Origin: Stylophora pistillata
Taxonomy: Eukaryota
Assembly (NCBI RefSeq): GCF_002571385.2
Contig: NW_019217993.1
Span: forward strand, 131,341-195,340
Direction: 5' to 3'
Length of the DNA stretch: 64,000 nucleotides
Numbering within the stretch: position 1 is the stretch's first letter; every line of letters begins with the position of its first letter. A program made the translations under genes and the position numbers. The notes below the pieces were generated by a model. That model was not told where the DNA came from, searched no databases, and was given only the letters and a program-made list of their open reading frames with translations. This document shows, one piece after another, positions 26,895 to 38,514 of this stretch.

Positions 26895-27079
26895 TAATTT
26901 GAATATAACAACAAAGTTGAAATGGTAAATTGGCCACCGTTACGATTATAAATGCTGACGTTTCGAGCGTTAGCCCTTCGTCGGAGCGAAAGACGAAGGG
27001 CTAAAGCTCGAAACGTCAGCTTTTATAATCGTAACGGTGGCCAATTTACCATTTCAACTTTGTCGATATATTCAAATTA
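26895..27079. mobile_element. Near-perfect ~185-bp palindrome of a Penelope-pLTR-like repeat with hammerhead-like cores
   Basis: The arms are reverse complements over ~88 bp; each carries gacgaagggctaa.gctcgaaacgtcagc. Confidence 0.8.
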
Positions 27080-27550
27080 CTTCCAAACAAGTCTGTAATT
27101 CGTGAGAATTAACCGTTTGGTCATTTGCACCAGTAAGTATTTTCAGATTCTTTGAGTGCTAAATTGTTTTCATTGAATCAGAAATATGAAATTCTCGCTT
27201 GCATTTGCGTCCTCATTCTGAATTGCTATACTCACCTTTTGAAATATTAACTGTGCGGTTAATTAATCTTAAACAGTACACTTGGACTGGTTGGGCAGGA
27301 CAGATGTTTTATTGATTTATTGCCATTTACAGATGACTGGAAAAAATTATTTATGGTATTTGTGTTGTACAGTTTCCTTCAGATCGTAAAAGGAGGACAA
27401 GAAAATGGAAGGTCCAAGTTTCAGACTTCAGTTTGACCAAAATTTTTCATCGCATGAACTCCTCCTTCAACATCATATGACCATCATCGTTGCATATGTG
27501 GAAAAGCAACAGGATGCGTAGAGGGTCTTAACAGGGTTTAACCGTCAGCT

Positions 27551-27640
27551 GTCAGAGGGCTTAAAATGTAACTGTCAGCCGTCAGAGGGCTTAAAATGTA
27601 ACTGTCAGCCGTCAGAGGGCTTAAAATGTAACTGTCAGGC
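27551..27640. repeat. 30-bp minisatellite, 3 copies
   Basis: gtcagagggcttaaaatgtaactgtcagcc repeated three times. Confidence 0.92.
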
Positions 27641-27842
27641 GTTAGAGAATGACAAATCCGAAAATAGCTGAATATTTCTTGTAATACGCATGTGTATTAG
27701 GACAGACATTTGCTCTACAAGAAAAGCATGCGTTTTCAAAAGAATAATGTTTGTACCACAAAGTAGACAACTTATTAAAACACTTAAACGATGCCTTTGA
27801 AGAGTGGGCATGGTGGGGGAGGATGGTCGGACGAAAAAGAAA

Positions 27843-28250
27843 AGACTAGAATTTTAATATTACTGTACTAAAAGATATCACTGACTAGAATTATTGTAAT
27901 ATTACTGTACTAAAAGATATCACTGACTAGAATTATTGTAATATTACTGCACTATAAGATTGTAAGAGGAATATTGTAAAATTACTATTGTTATAGACAT
28001 GTACATTAAAGGATTGTATTGTAATACTGTACTGTAATATCAGATAATAACTTACTAGAATTATTGTAATCTTACTGTACTATAAGATATAACAGACTAG
28101 AGTTATTGTAATATTACTGTACTATAAGATATAACAGACTAGAGTTATTGTAATATTACTGTACTATGAGATTGTAAGAGGAATATTGTAAAATTACTAT
28201 TGTTATAGACATGTATATTAAAGGTTGTATTGTAATACTGTACTGTAATA
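27843..28250. repeat. AT-rich ~42-bp minisatellite with a higher-order duplication
   Basis: actagaattattgtaatattactgtacta units, plus a ~95-bp block (gattgtaagaggaatattgtaaaattactattg...) present twice. Confidence 0.9.
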
Positions 28251-31200
28251 TCATCAATTGACTGTTTTAAAAGATATATAAAAGATATACTAATTTAATT
28301 GACGGGTGTGGGAAGGGAACCGCTTTTGGTTAATTTTCCAAAGTAGATAGATATCTGTTCTAAACTTTTTAATGGAGGCGGCTTTGTTGGGAAATGGTGA
28401 ACGAATGAAACCCCAATTTTTTCATTTTATTCTCTGAATTGGGGGTCGATCCAATTTAGCTTCTTTCGATTATTAATATTAGTCATCCAGCTTTGAGTGG
28501 TCCAAGAAACCTGCGAAACAAGGAAATAAAAATTAAGACCAAGAATTCGAGTAATTAAAAACGTTATCCGCCTTCATACTTTATCAGACTTGGAAAACAA
28601 ACGGAAACAAATTTTTCCTTCCTTCCTTGGCTGACATTCTTCCTCACTCCCTTACTTGAGATGGCCATCTCTCGTGAGATCTAAAAGCTATGATAAAGAG
28701 ACCTTCAGAGGAGCCATACAACTTGACAAAAACTAGGTGAAAGGTCAAAAAGATTTCAAAATAACCTGGTTCTTTCTATCACATTCCTCATCAAAATTGA
28801 ATGTAATAATTTGGATATATCAACAAAGTTGAAGTGGTAAATTGAATGTAAATGTGCAGACCAACTTTACTGCTCAGAAATACCCCAGTAACGTTTCATT
28901 CAAATTTGTGAGTCTTGTACATCGCATAATGAAGTAGACAGCTCGAAAATTTCAGACGAAATAAGGATAAGAACTTACTCCAGTTAGCTCCCGATATCCA
29001 TTTGAGAACTTGCCAGCAAACTGTCACCAAAGCTATCTCACCTCTCGACTTCGTCTTTACCTTGAAGAAAAGGAGTATGCAAAAAAAATAAGACGAAATG
29101 CAATTTTTGATTTCCTCAACAATAACAGGTGGGTTGGCCAATTAACAAAAGGCAACACATGCTTTCCAGTGTCTTCCCAGTGTTTGATCGTTTGGCGCAG
29201 TGGTTTATGACGCGATTAGAAATCTAAGCTTCAACTCAAAACTCAAATGCAACCTGAGAAATTTTCTTATACATTTTTTTCCCGGAAAAATCAAACTGCA
29301 CTCGAAATTTATCTTATTGGAAAGGACAAACTCTTTTGGTCAGAGAAGAACGATTTACAACAATTGTTCTTTATGCCTTGACGTAATTCATTTCCGACAA
29401 AAAGGGTCAAATTGGCTAGACCTTTACAAAAGAGGAGCAGCGCCCTTGAAAAGAAAGATAATTTTTACAGGTGTACGTTATAACAAATAAAACGCGTTGC
29501 GATAAAAACCAGTGACTACCTTTTTCGCTTTCACAGGTCTCTTTAACACTTGACGACGACGAAGCAATTCTAAATTTGAATTAACTAGTTCTTTGTCCTA
29601 TGAGTCAGAGGCATTGAGGTGATTCTTGAAAGTACCCCCAAAACGTTACGTTGGTATATTTTCGGATCTTTTTTTAGCATCCCAGATCAAGACTGAGGAA
29701 GAGACTTAGCGGGTGAAGCTGACTCCATTACTGGGTCAGTTATTAGTCACCCATCTCTTGTACACAGTTCAAGATCCCTTCAGCGCAACAAGACAGTCCA
29801 GATTCCAAAACAGCTTTCACACACTTCTCTTTTGTTTTTTGGTGGACCAAGTCTTAGCATCTCAGATGATAAGAGCAAGAGGCTCTGTGAGTGAAGCTGA
29901 CTCCATCACTGCATCAGCTATTAGACATCCACCTTTTGTAAACAGTTCAAGATCCAAAACAGTTGAGTTTTGTAAAAAGCTTTGTCTTTTCTTTTCCTTT
30001 TTGAGGGACTCTGAATTATTTCAAGTTGTAACTGCAAGTTCAAACAACCAACCAAAAGACAGGGGGGTCACCTAAGTAAAAAACAATGAGAAATGGTTAA
30101 TAAGTATTCAAAATGCATTATTAATTTTAAGTTGACAGTTCCTCAATACAAATGGGCTTCTGGTCTTAAAGGGGAGGGGGAAGTGGAAAATAAAGGAAAT
30201 CAATTCATCAACATGATATTGTAGAATAGCAAGATCTGAAACAGAGTTATCTGGTTGCAACCCTCTAAATTGTAACCAACATAAATGCCATGATAATGTT
30301 TAAATAACAGACAACTTCAATAGAAAAAAACTAATCACCTTTGGTCATAAAAGACAAGAAAAATTGAATAAAAAAGGACAAAAATTTTAAAACAGTGTCC
30401 TTTTTCTGGTCTAATAATTGCAAAAAAAAAATAATTATGCCAAAAACTCCACCCTAAAACATCATCTATTCAAAGTGTTTTGGAATCAAAATAAATGTTT
30501 TCCAGGCATGTGCCAAGTGTCAATTGAAACTTCTTTTTCAATGACCATATGGGAATATTGGTCAGCCAAACATTGTGTTGGTCAGATTTTTTCTCTGAAG
30601 CCAAAGTGGGATTGTGGATATATTAATTTACTCCTAATCAAAAAATAATTGCTAGAAGTGTAAATGTAGACATGAAGAAATGACTAAGTATCAGCTTAAA
30701 CTTGACTGTAGGGTGGGCTCACAATGGCACTGTGACAGGAGTTTTGAGCCAGTTGTTGTTGTTGTTGTTTTTTTTTTTTCATATTTTCCTTTGGGTAATA
30801 AATAGATAACTAAGGCCCACACACAAGCCATGACATGGTTGCCACAGTCATAAGATTTTTAAGTCCCAAACTCCTGTTACAGTAATTAAATTGGTTGAAA
30901 AGAAATGCTCTATAAGAGTACAGTACAGTGCTTGGAGCTGAGCTAAAGCTGTCATGCCATCTGCCAATTTGTAATGCCTAGCTTACTTGAAAGTGAAATT
31001 TTGGAACAAGTGAGCCAGCAAGTAGCAACAGAAGAACCAAACAAAGGTTTGAGAACATGCCAAGCACCATAATTTGCAGTCTTAATGATGTGTGCCTAGA
31101 CAAAAATCCTCATAGAGAAAACAAAATGGACAGTCTGAGTTTTGAAGATTTTCATGCTCAGTTAGATTATAAACTTACCTATGGTATAAAATTCACCTTA

Positions 31201-32076
31201 CAAAAATAATAGTATATCTAGTTTCGTGTTAAAAATCAATACACAACAAAACAGGAGTGAAGAAACTTGAAAATATATCCAAAATGGCACGACTTTTGAA
31301 ATTCATACCAATCATGACAATGTCATAGCCTGATGTGAGGTCCATTGCAGCTTGCTCGTTGTGGAAATGTCCAGTCATCACAGTGAAGCGAGCCTCCGAA
31401 ATTTGCATTGGCCCCCCTTCTATTGAACTGAGCTAAGACCTTGCTCTGATATCCTTTCCAATACCTTGAGTGGAAGGCCACATCAGTCACTTCAGCCAAG
31501 TTTTGCAGCACTGTCATCCAGAGAGATTTTCTTATTCCTATGAATTCAGCTGTCATTAATCATAAAACACAAGCCTTGAGCAGTTTTTTTTTTCTAACTG
31601 TCATGTGAAAAAAACTTGTGTGTTTTTAACAGCTGCAATTCAGCCACATTTTGCTGAACATTTCACTTTCAGATTCTGTATTAAGACTAAAAAAACTTCA
31701 GGCAAAAGTGATTAATTTGACCTGCCGACCTATTTCAGTTTGTGAACTTTGATCATTTAGCAACTTTGATCATTTGACATTTTTGACAGCTTTAGTCTTG
31801 TTCAACCAATCAAGTTGCTTGAACCATTTTAAAAAGGATCCTGATTGGCTTATTGTGGCCTGCTTTAAGAGAGTAGAGAGCATGCTCAGGCTGACGACAC
31901 TGTGGTTCACTTTGGAAATGTTAATGTTAAAGTTTTTGTAGGCGCCTTTGAACAGTAGGATACTGGCGGGGTATAAATATTTTATTATTATTATTATTAT
32001 TATTGTTATTATCATTAAATAAAGTTAAGTTTTGTTTTGAAAATTGAAATGATGAATTGAAAGCTGTGTACTAAAT

Positions 32077-32515
32077 ACAGTCAAACCTGTATAAGTAGTC
32101 ACCTATTGGGAATAGCAGGGTGACCCCTTACAAAAGTTTGAGTACTAAATACAGGTTCCACAGAATAGGGTATTATATAGAAAATGCTAAAAAAGTGCCA
32201 TTTTGTGCCATAATTGACCTCTTAATGTACAAAGACTTGCTTGGGAAAATTTCTACCATTGATTTTTACTTGAAATTTTACTTGAAATATTTTTCTTAGT
32301 TGTATTTGAGTGGTTCCATTTTAAGTGACCATTCAATACAAGTGGAAGACAATACAAACAAGCCATTGGGACTAACATTCAAAGATGAGCACATCCACTA
32401 AATTGAGGTGAGAATGACAGTAATTAGTGGGTGACAAATTCTGTACTTTGACAACTGCCCGCTTAATACAGGATGACTGCTTAATGTAGTGCCACTTACT
32501 ACAAGTTCAGTTGAA
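32077..32515. mobile_element. Decayed Tc1/mariner-pogo-type MITE
   Basis: Begins TA|CAGTCAAACCTGTATAAG; the right end is degenerate, with repeated gcttaat motifs. Confidence 0.45.
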
Positions 32516-32821
32516 ACTGACTTTCTCTTTTTCACACAATTATATTCACAATCTATCATCATGCAATGCAGTAAGTCATCATTGTGCTACACACATTTTT
32601 AATCAGCCAAATATTTCTCTGGTGTACCTGTAGTTTTACATTACAATGCACAAGTTCCTGGATTTACGATCCCATCAGAAAATTTTTTTTATTGCCTCCA
32701 TGCTTCAAGTCACAAGAACCAACAGGTAAATATTATAGGAAAATTTATCACCTGAGGAGGGAATTCTGCGTGAAACTGCATGCCAAAAATAATGAATCAA
32801 AATAATGAATCACATGTATCA

Positions 32822-33269
32822 AATAGGCCTTTTGCAGCTAGAGATCGTGTGCTTAGATACCACATAGCAACGCCATACTGGAGAGCAAGCACTCCATGCA
32901 GTGATCTCAGACAGTATAGAGGTCACAGAGGTCTGCATTCAAACAAAGAATACAGCGGATAACAGGTCAAAAGGTATCCCAATTCGAGAAATCCAGTAAG
33001 AAGTAATCAACAGCTTCCCCGGAGTGTATCAGCAACAAAATCACACCAAAATTCGTTTTTCGCTGATAAACTCCAAGGAAGCTGTTGATTAAAACTTACA
33101 AGATTTCTTGAATTGGGATACCCTTTAACTTGTTATCCACTGTATTCTTTGTTTGAATGCAGACCTCTGTGATCTCTATTTTGTCTGAGATCACTGGAGT
33201 GCTTGCTCTCCAGTATGACGTTGCTATTCGGTATCTAAGCACGTGATCTCTAACTGCAAAAGGCCTATT
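32822..33269. mobile_element. Long foldback MITE (~210-bp inverted arms)
   Basis: aataggccttttgcag ... ctgcaaaaggcctatt termini; the arms are complementary along their length with a ~25-bp spacer. Confidence 0.88.
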
Positions 33270-34288
33270 GCAAAGCAATAAGTACGAAATCAGTTTTCTA
33301 GTGTGATTTAACAAGGAATTCATGAGTCAGGTAGTGGATTTTCCTTGAATTGCATAGTTGAATTAAAAAAAAAGAAAAAGAAATCAGCAATAGTGTTGTT
33401 TGTTTTTATCCTGAGCACGAAAAAAGAGATGCGGCACAATATCACTTAGCTTTGTTTTCAACTCACAAGTTCATGCTAAATACCTGGCTTTCTTAACCAT
33501 TCAGAATGTGAAATCTTATCCAATTACACAATTCTATCTGGTAGTTTAAAAATTAATGAAAATCTTGGGTAAATATCAGTGATAAAATCCATAAGCTGTA
33601 ACAACATGGTTAAAAAATTTATAATTTAATGTATGGTTCACAAATTCATGACCGGCTATGTAGAAAAAGGCACTTTTAGAGCCACAATACAGAAGAAATT
33701 TAACCATTTCGACACAAAATCTTGCTTTTTGAAATGTTAAGTTTAACCAGCTAAATTTGATTTGGTAAGAACAGGCTTTCATAGAAAGTTAAATTAATTT
33801 CAGAATGTGTGATATGGATTGTGCCTCTCAATTGAGTGCTTATATACATGCCATTGTAGGTAAAAGCAGAAAAATCAAAGGAGTTAGTTTTTTCAAGAAA
33901 TATTTGCAGGGGAAAGCCACTACTCTCTTATGTTTATAATGTGCTTCCCCCTTTTATAAAGCAGTTTTAGGTGGGTATGTTTATAAAACACATAACTATT
34001 TCATTTGACCAAACAATTGCATGAACTCTGCTCATCAAAATAATTATTTCACTGACAAAATGAACAGTTCTGTATTGTTTTTCTTTTCTTTTTTTTTTTT
34101 TTAAATAAGTTTTCAAAAGGTAAAAACTAGACTCAGTGCATCAACATAGTTTTATGGTCTAAAAAACTATATAGTCAACTGACCCTAAGGAACTATCAAA
34201 AACGTTCTCTCTTGCTCAAGGAAAGTTTGTGTGCCTTCATTTGTCAAGTCTGCCCGCTACGAACACAGCTCCTCTCGTGTTTTCAATT

Positions 34289-34495
34289 CTTAACCCCCAA
34301 GAGTAACTAGCATCTAATTCCTCCTTCCAACAACACCCCTGAATCACACATTGAGGTTACAAGAAAAAAGGAAATGATCACTTTAGAAGGTCTTGAATGT
34401 CAAACAGATTCTTGTTAACTGTACCGTGAGAAATGTTCATGTATAGAGAAGAGTATGGAGAATATATATGTGTGTCAATGTTAGGATGTACAGGG
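34289..34495. mobile_element. TTAACCC-type interspersed repeat, copy 3
   Basis: ttaacccccaagagtaactagcatctaatt...gtatagagaagagtatggagaatat. Confidence 0.6.
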
Positions 34496-35863
34496 CCATA
34501 TAAAATCGCAAACGCTCGGACAACATCACCCTATTTCACCCAGGCTACAAGCTTACTCAGAAGCACAGAATATAACTTGAGATAGAAATAAATTGGATGG
34601 AAAAACCATTTTTCCATGCAGTTATCGAGTTAAAGTCTCATTAAGCTCTCTTACCTTCATCAACACACTTGATCTCCATTTGATGTTCCGCAACCAGTGT
34701 TGCTATTTCCCCCCCACCCCCCAGAAAACCACAGTACGAGAACAAACATGTTATGAGAGGCAGCTGATATTCGACTGGCTACCTTTTTCCTAGTTTTGTA
34801 CAAAAAAATAACAAGTTAAATTGACGCCCCGCACGTCTAGCCACGTCGCCATGTTGGCTTTACTACCCTTATGCTCAGTATTTCTCGGCAAAACGCGTCA
34901 CGCTACACGAGAAATTGCGCGTCGACACGCAAATAACCACGCCAGTGTCCACAAAACTGTTCCGTCTGCACGTCCTAGTAATGTAACTTGAGATTCCGTT
35001 ATTTTACGCCTCACGGCGAGAGGAATAAGAGTACTTTGGTGTATGGAATGTTTATGGCAGGACATTGGTTTGATTCACGGACACGAGATTTTGATATTAG
35101 TATATTCGCGAGCGAGCGAGTCTGGAAGGGGAAAGGTGCTAGGATTAGCTCGGTATTTCGATTTTGATTTTGTCGCAGTTTGCGGATTTCACCTTTTTAA
35201 TCATTTGTTTTTGGTCTTTGGCCGAAAAAAAAAATTACAGCTGGTTCTTCGAAATCGGTATACAATAATTTAATAACCGGCAAGTTCCCGCTGGCGATTA
35301 AAAAAAGTAACAAAATGTACCTGTTTGTTTTGTCAATGTGACTGCATGTTACACCATTTTACTGTCAATTCAAGCCACACGTGACTGATTGCTAACCATT
35401 TCAACCCGATCTCGGAATTTGAGTTCAGGTTCTCAAAAATTATCCGGGGGATTGTGGATATTCAAGAGGTTCAGGGCCGAAGGATATATTTTTGCCATCG
35501 CAAAACTCGTTTAGAGTCGGGTTTCGTGATTCTATAGAAGATTTGGGCTCTTTTTCTTAATTCAAAAGGATATTAGAAGACATAGGGCTGGTATAATAAT
35601 TCCCATTGTTTTATTTTTGCCTTTTCGCTGTAACAGCAGTGGGTAACACTCGCGCGTGACAGCGATCTCAACTTTTGTGCACTTAGGGCATTAATCAGAG
35701 TTATTAACATGTTTCTATTAATACTAACGAATTAACAGAAGGAAGCATCTAAGGAAACAATGACTGCTAGAAACACCTGCTGGTCACTTCAAATCCATTT
35801 TCGTCAATCCACGAAGGCTATTTTTAATTCAGGTTACTAACGAAAAAAAGGGACGCTATACCC

Positions 35864-36763
35864 TTAAATTTTTGTCTGTGGCCAAGGCTTCTGCGCTTGA
35901 ATAATTTTTCGTTGGAGTTCAAGTCTCAAATTATTTCGCAGTTCATCCTCCTTTCTTTTGTAACTAAGCTCTAATGCATTTTTCTCGCCCTCGAATATTT
36001 TAGCGAGTTCATCTTTCTGAATCCTCAAGCAATCCAGACCTTCTTTGAGTCCATCTATGCTTTGGAGCAGGTAAGCTCTTTCATAAGCATACCTCGCTTG
36101 ACATTCCTCTTCGGTCAGTTTTCTAACAGTCATTTTGTCTTGTTCGAACCTCTCTGTAAACTCGGCTTTTTCTCTTTCAAATGATTTAAACAAAACTTCT
36201 TCTTGTTTGCGTAGCACGCTCAAAAATTCTTCACAATGAAGGTTCGTGTTACCATTGCAACTGCCCCTTCCTTGAATTTCGTAAATTCCGTTCCCTCCTA
36301 AGTTTGCGCCCAGGCTCTTTAGACAATCACAGTCGCCCAGATGTTGGAGCGCATCTCGATGGACATGTTTGGTAAAGAGATCGAACGATTTCCTTAAATG
36401 GCGGAGTTCCTTTAAAAAGAAATCCTTCTCCTCGGTGAGAACCCGTATGAGGTCGTCTTTAGCTTTGATGATCTCAATGTACTCATTCCTCAACTTGTTT
36501 TCAAGGTAGTCTTTTTCCTTAATGAATTCTTTCTCCATTTCTTCTCTCGCTGGCTGAAACTCACCCTTCAAAGCCTCCAGCTGTTGATGCAAAATTTCAG
36601 TAAACTCAGTTTGACTTGAGGAATCTTCTGTTACGGTCTTTACTGTCTTTGCTTGTACGGCTTTTTCAACACAATCTCCGACTTCGTCGTAATTCTTGGC
36701 ATCCTTTTCTCCTATGGGGTCATTATCGCCGGATTTACAATCACTGCCTTTCAGATTTTCCAT
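35864..36763 (-). CDS. Single-exon coiled-coil protein, 299 aa (gene 4); probable distant member of the same family
   Basis: ATG-to-TAA ORF with 11-residue repeats (FEREKAEFTER FEQDKMTVRKL; FEGEKNALELS). Confidence 0.72.
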   Translation of the reverse strand: MENLKGSDCKSGDNDPIGEKDAKNYDEVGDCVEKAVQAKTVKTVTEDSSSQTEFTEILHQQLEALKGEFQPAREEMEKEFIKEKDYLENKLRNEYIEIIKAKDDLIRVLTEEKDFFLKELRHLRKSFDLFTKHVHRDALQHLGDCDCLKSLGANLGGNGIYEIQGRGSCNGNTNLHCEEFLSVLRKQEEVLFKSFEREKAEFTERFEQDKMTVRKLTEEECQARYAYERAYLLQSIDGLKEGLDCLRIQKDELAKIFEGEKNALELSYKRKEDELRNNLRLELQRKIIQAQKPWPQTKI

Positions 36764-38514
36764 TAGCTGACGGACTTTTTCTGACTCCTCTCCGCTTTAG
36801 CTTCTTCAAGGGAGGTAAATATTTAAAAGAAAATCTTGGCAAAAACTACGGTGTGACGAGGAAAGCTTACAACCCGAGACGCTTTCAAGTTTGGCCAACG
36901 AGCTTTCGTAACGAAAACTTGATTCTTATCGGAATTCACTTCGACATATTCAATAATGTGCAAGAATCTGTAAACGACAGGTGTTAAAATAATTCTGTTT
37001 ATAGAGGAAATTCACAGTTCTTCGTTGCCCTTTGTGTGAAATAAAAAATACCTGTATTATTGAAGGGGTAATTTGCGTAAGTGACAAAGTTTCACTTAGC
37101 AACCATCGAAAGCGACAGAATCCCCTTATTAAATTTTCATGGAAAGTAGTTTGGAAAGCCTGCTTGCTATAATTTCTATTTTTTTTTTTCAAAACCTTGT
37201 TCGGTCATAGTAAGAGACTTGGCTTTATTCTTACAAAGGATAATAAAATACTTAATAAGGTATCAACTGCAACTGTATACCAGACCCTACTCCCTCGAAC
37301 CAATATTCTCAAAGCAAAACGAAACAAAACGAGTATTTGTATAAGAAATGTGGGTTAGTGGCCAATATTAATTATTTTCATCCGAAGCGCCCTGAATAAA
37401 TTAATAATAATAGCCATTTTGTGGTTTTCTTTTTCAACTGAAGCTCTCTATATATCATCAATACTGCGAAGAAAACACGTAAGTGTTAAATTGATCAACA
37501 AACTAGCAACACGGAGACTCATTCCTCGGTTTTTCCAACACATCGTAGTTCTTAAGCTGACATTTTTGGGAAGGAATTAATAAAAAAGAACTAATTAATA
37601 ATACACAGGGCAGAAAGGCTATTTATATTACCATTAATACAATGACAACTTCGGAGAAAAGAAATCCCTCGAGGTGTCTGTAACAAAAGATGACGTACGA
37701 AGATGTAAAGTAACCTTTAAAACAGCCGCTGGAACTCATTAAAACTGGTAGATCAGATACCACCATTTATTCCTTAACTTGAAGATGATAAATATTTTTC
37801 TATTCACTCGTTTGCAAAAACGTTGACACTTTGTGAGACTCTCTTGGTATACATGTAAATGATAACCACCATAAATACGTTGGTGAATGATGGAAGCTTT
37901 CCGCGCCTTTCTGGAATAAAAGGATTATCATAACGAAGGTTTTTCATGAACAGTGAGGAAAGTGACTCACTGATTTTGTATCTGCACAAACATTTTCCTT
38001 AAAAGCTGTCGGATCCCAACGCACATGAATCATGCTTTTTGGGTGTCAACGCTTTTGCCAATTTGCGTGTGCCCAGACGCTGGTAAAATCTTGACAAAGT
38101 TTTCATAAAATCATTTCAAATGAAAATTTAAAAGGCGGGTCAAAACTGCTGTCACATTTCTCAGAATAGTTTTTGACGCCTACCGGTAGACAAAGACCTC
38201 ATTTACGCATGCGCTTTAGGGCTTTAACGGTGACCTGTGACTGAAAAAGAAGAAACCCGGATTTTAAACTCAACTTAAAGCTTAAAAAAGTTTATTTTTG
38301 TTCAGAGAGATGGAAAATACCCATCATAAGGAGACTGAACATGCTACATAATTAATTCTATCACTGAATGGACTTTTGAGCCAACTGACAGCGATCTGTC
38401 AAAATTCCACGGTAGAAATAGCAGATTTCGTAGACCTTTAGAATTGCAATATCGCGTCACATGAAGAAGTTTATCAAAAGCTACGCTGAAATCCATCGAA
38501 ATCCTTTTTTTCTC

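Larger units (their letters stand above)
17761..27520 (+). ncRNA. Putative spliced lncRNA or small-ORF gene
   Basis: Candidate exons: ~17761-17980 (gag|gtacgt), 24046-24154, 26258-26321 (ttcag|...|gtaagt) and 27383 onward. The body is CpG-poor and has no long host ORF. Confidence 0.35.
29500..34860 (-). ncRNA. Putative spliced lncRNA or small-ORF gene, convergent with the + unit
   Basis: Minus-strand AACATGGCG at ~34847-34855 in CpG-rich DNA. Donor gaag|gtaaga at ~34654, 18-nt candidate microexon at ~31179-31196 (aag|...|gtaagt) and acceptor ttttttacttag at ~30072. The body is CpG-poor and the 3' end is unknown. Confidence 0.33.

Noticed and set aside
27843-28250. Regular repeat array superficially like CRISPR
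   Set aside because: No unique spacers, no cas genes and a eukaryotic context; it is a minisatellite.
31290-31385. Minus-strand GTGATGA C-box suggesting a C/D snoRNA
   Set aside because: No canonical CTGA D-box with a terminal stem at a suitable distance.
32780-33323. Two similar peptides on opposite strands (NRPFA.RD.VLRY...)
   Set aside because: Artefact of the inverted arms of the foldback element.
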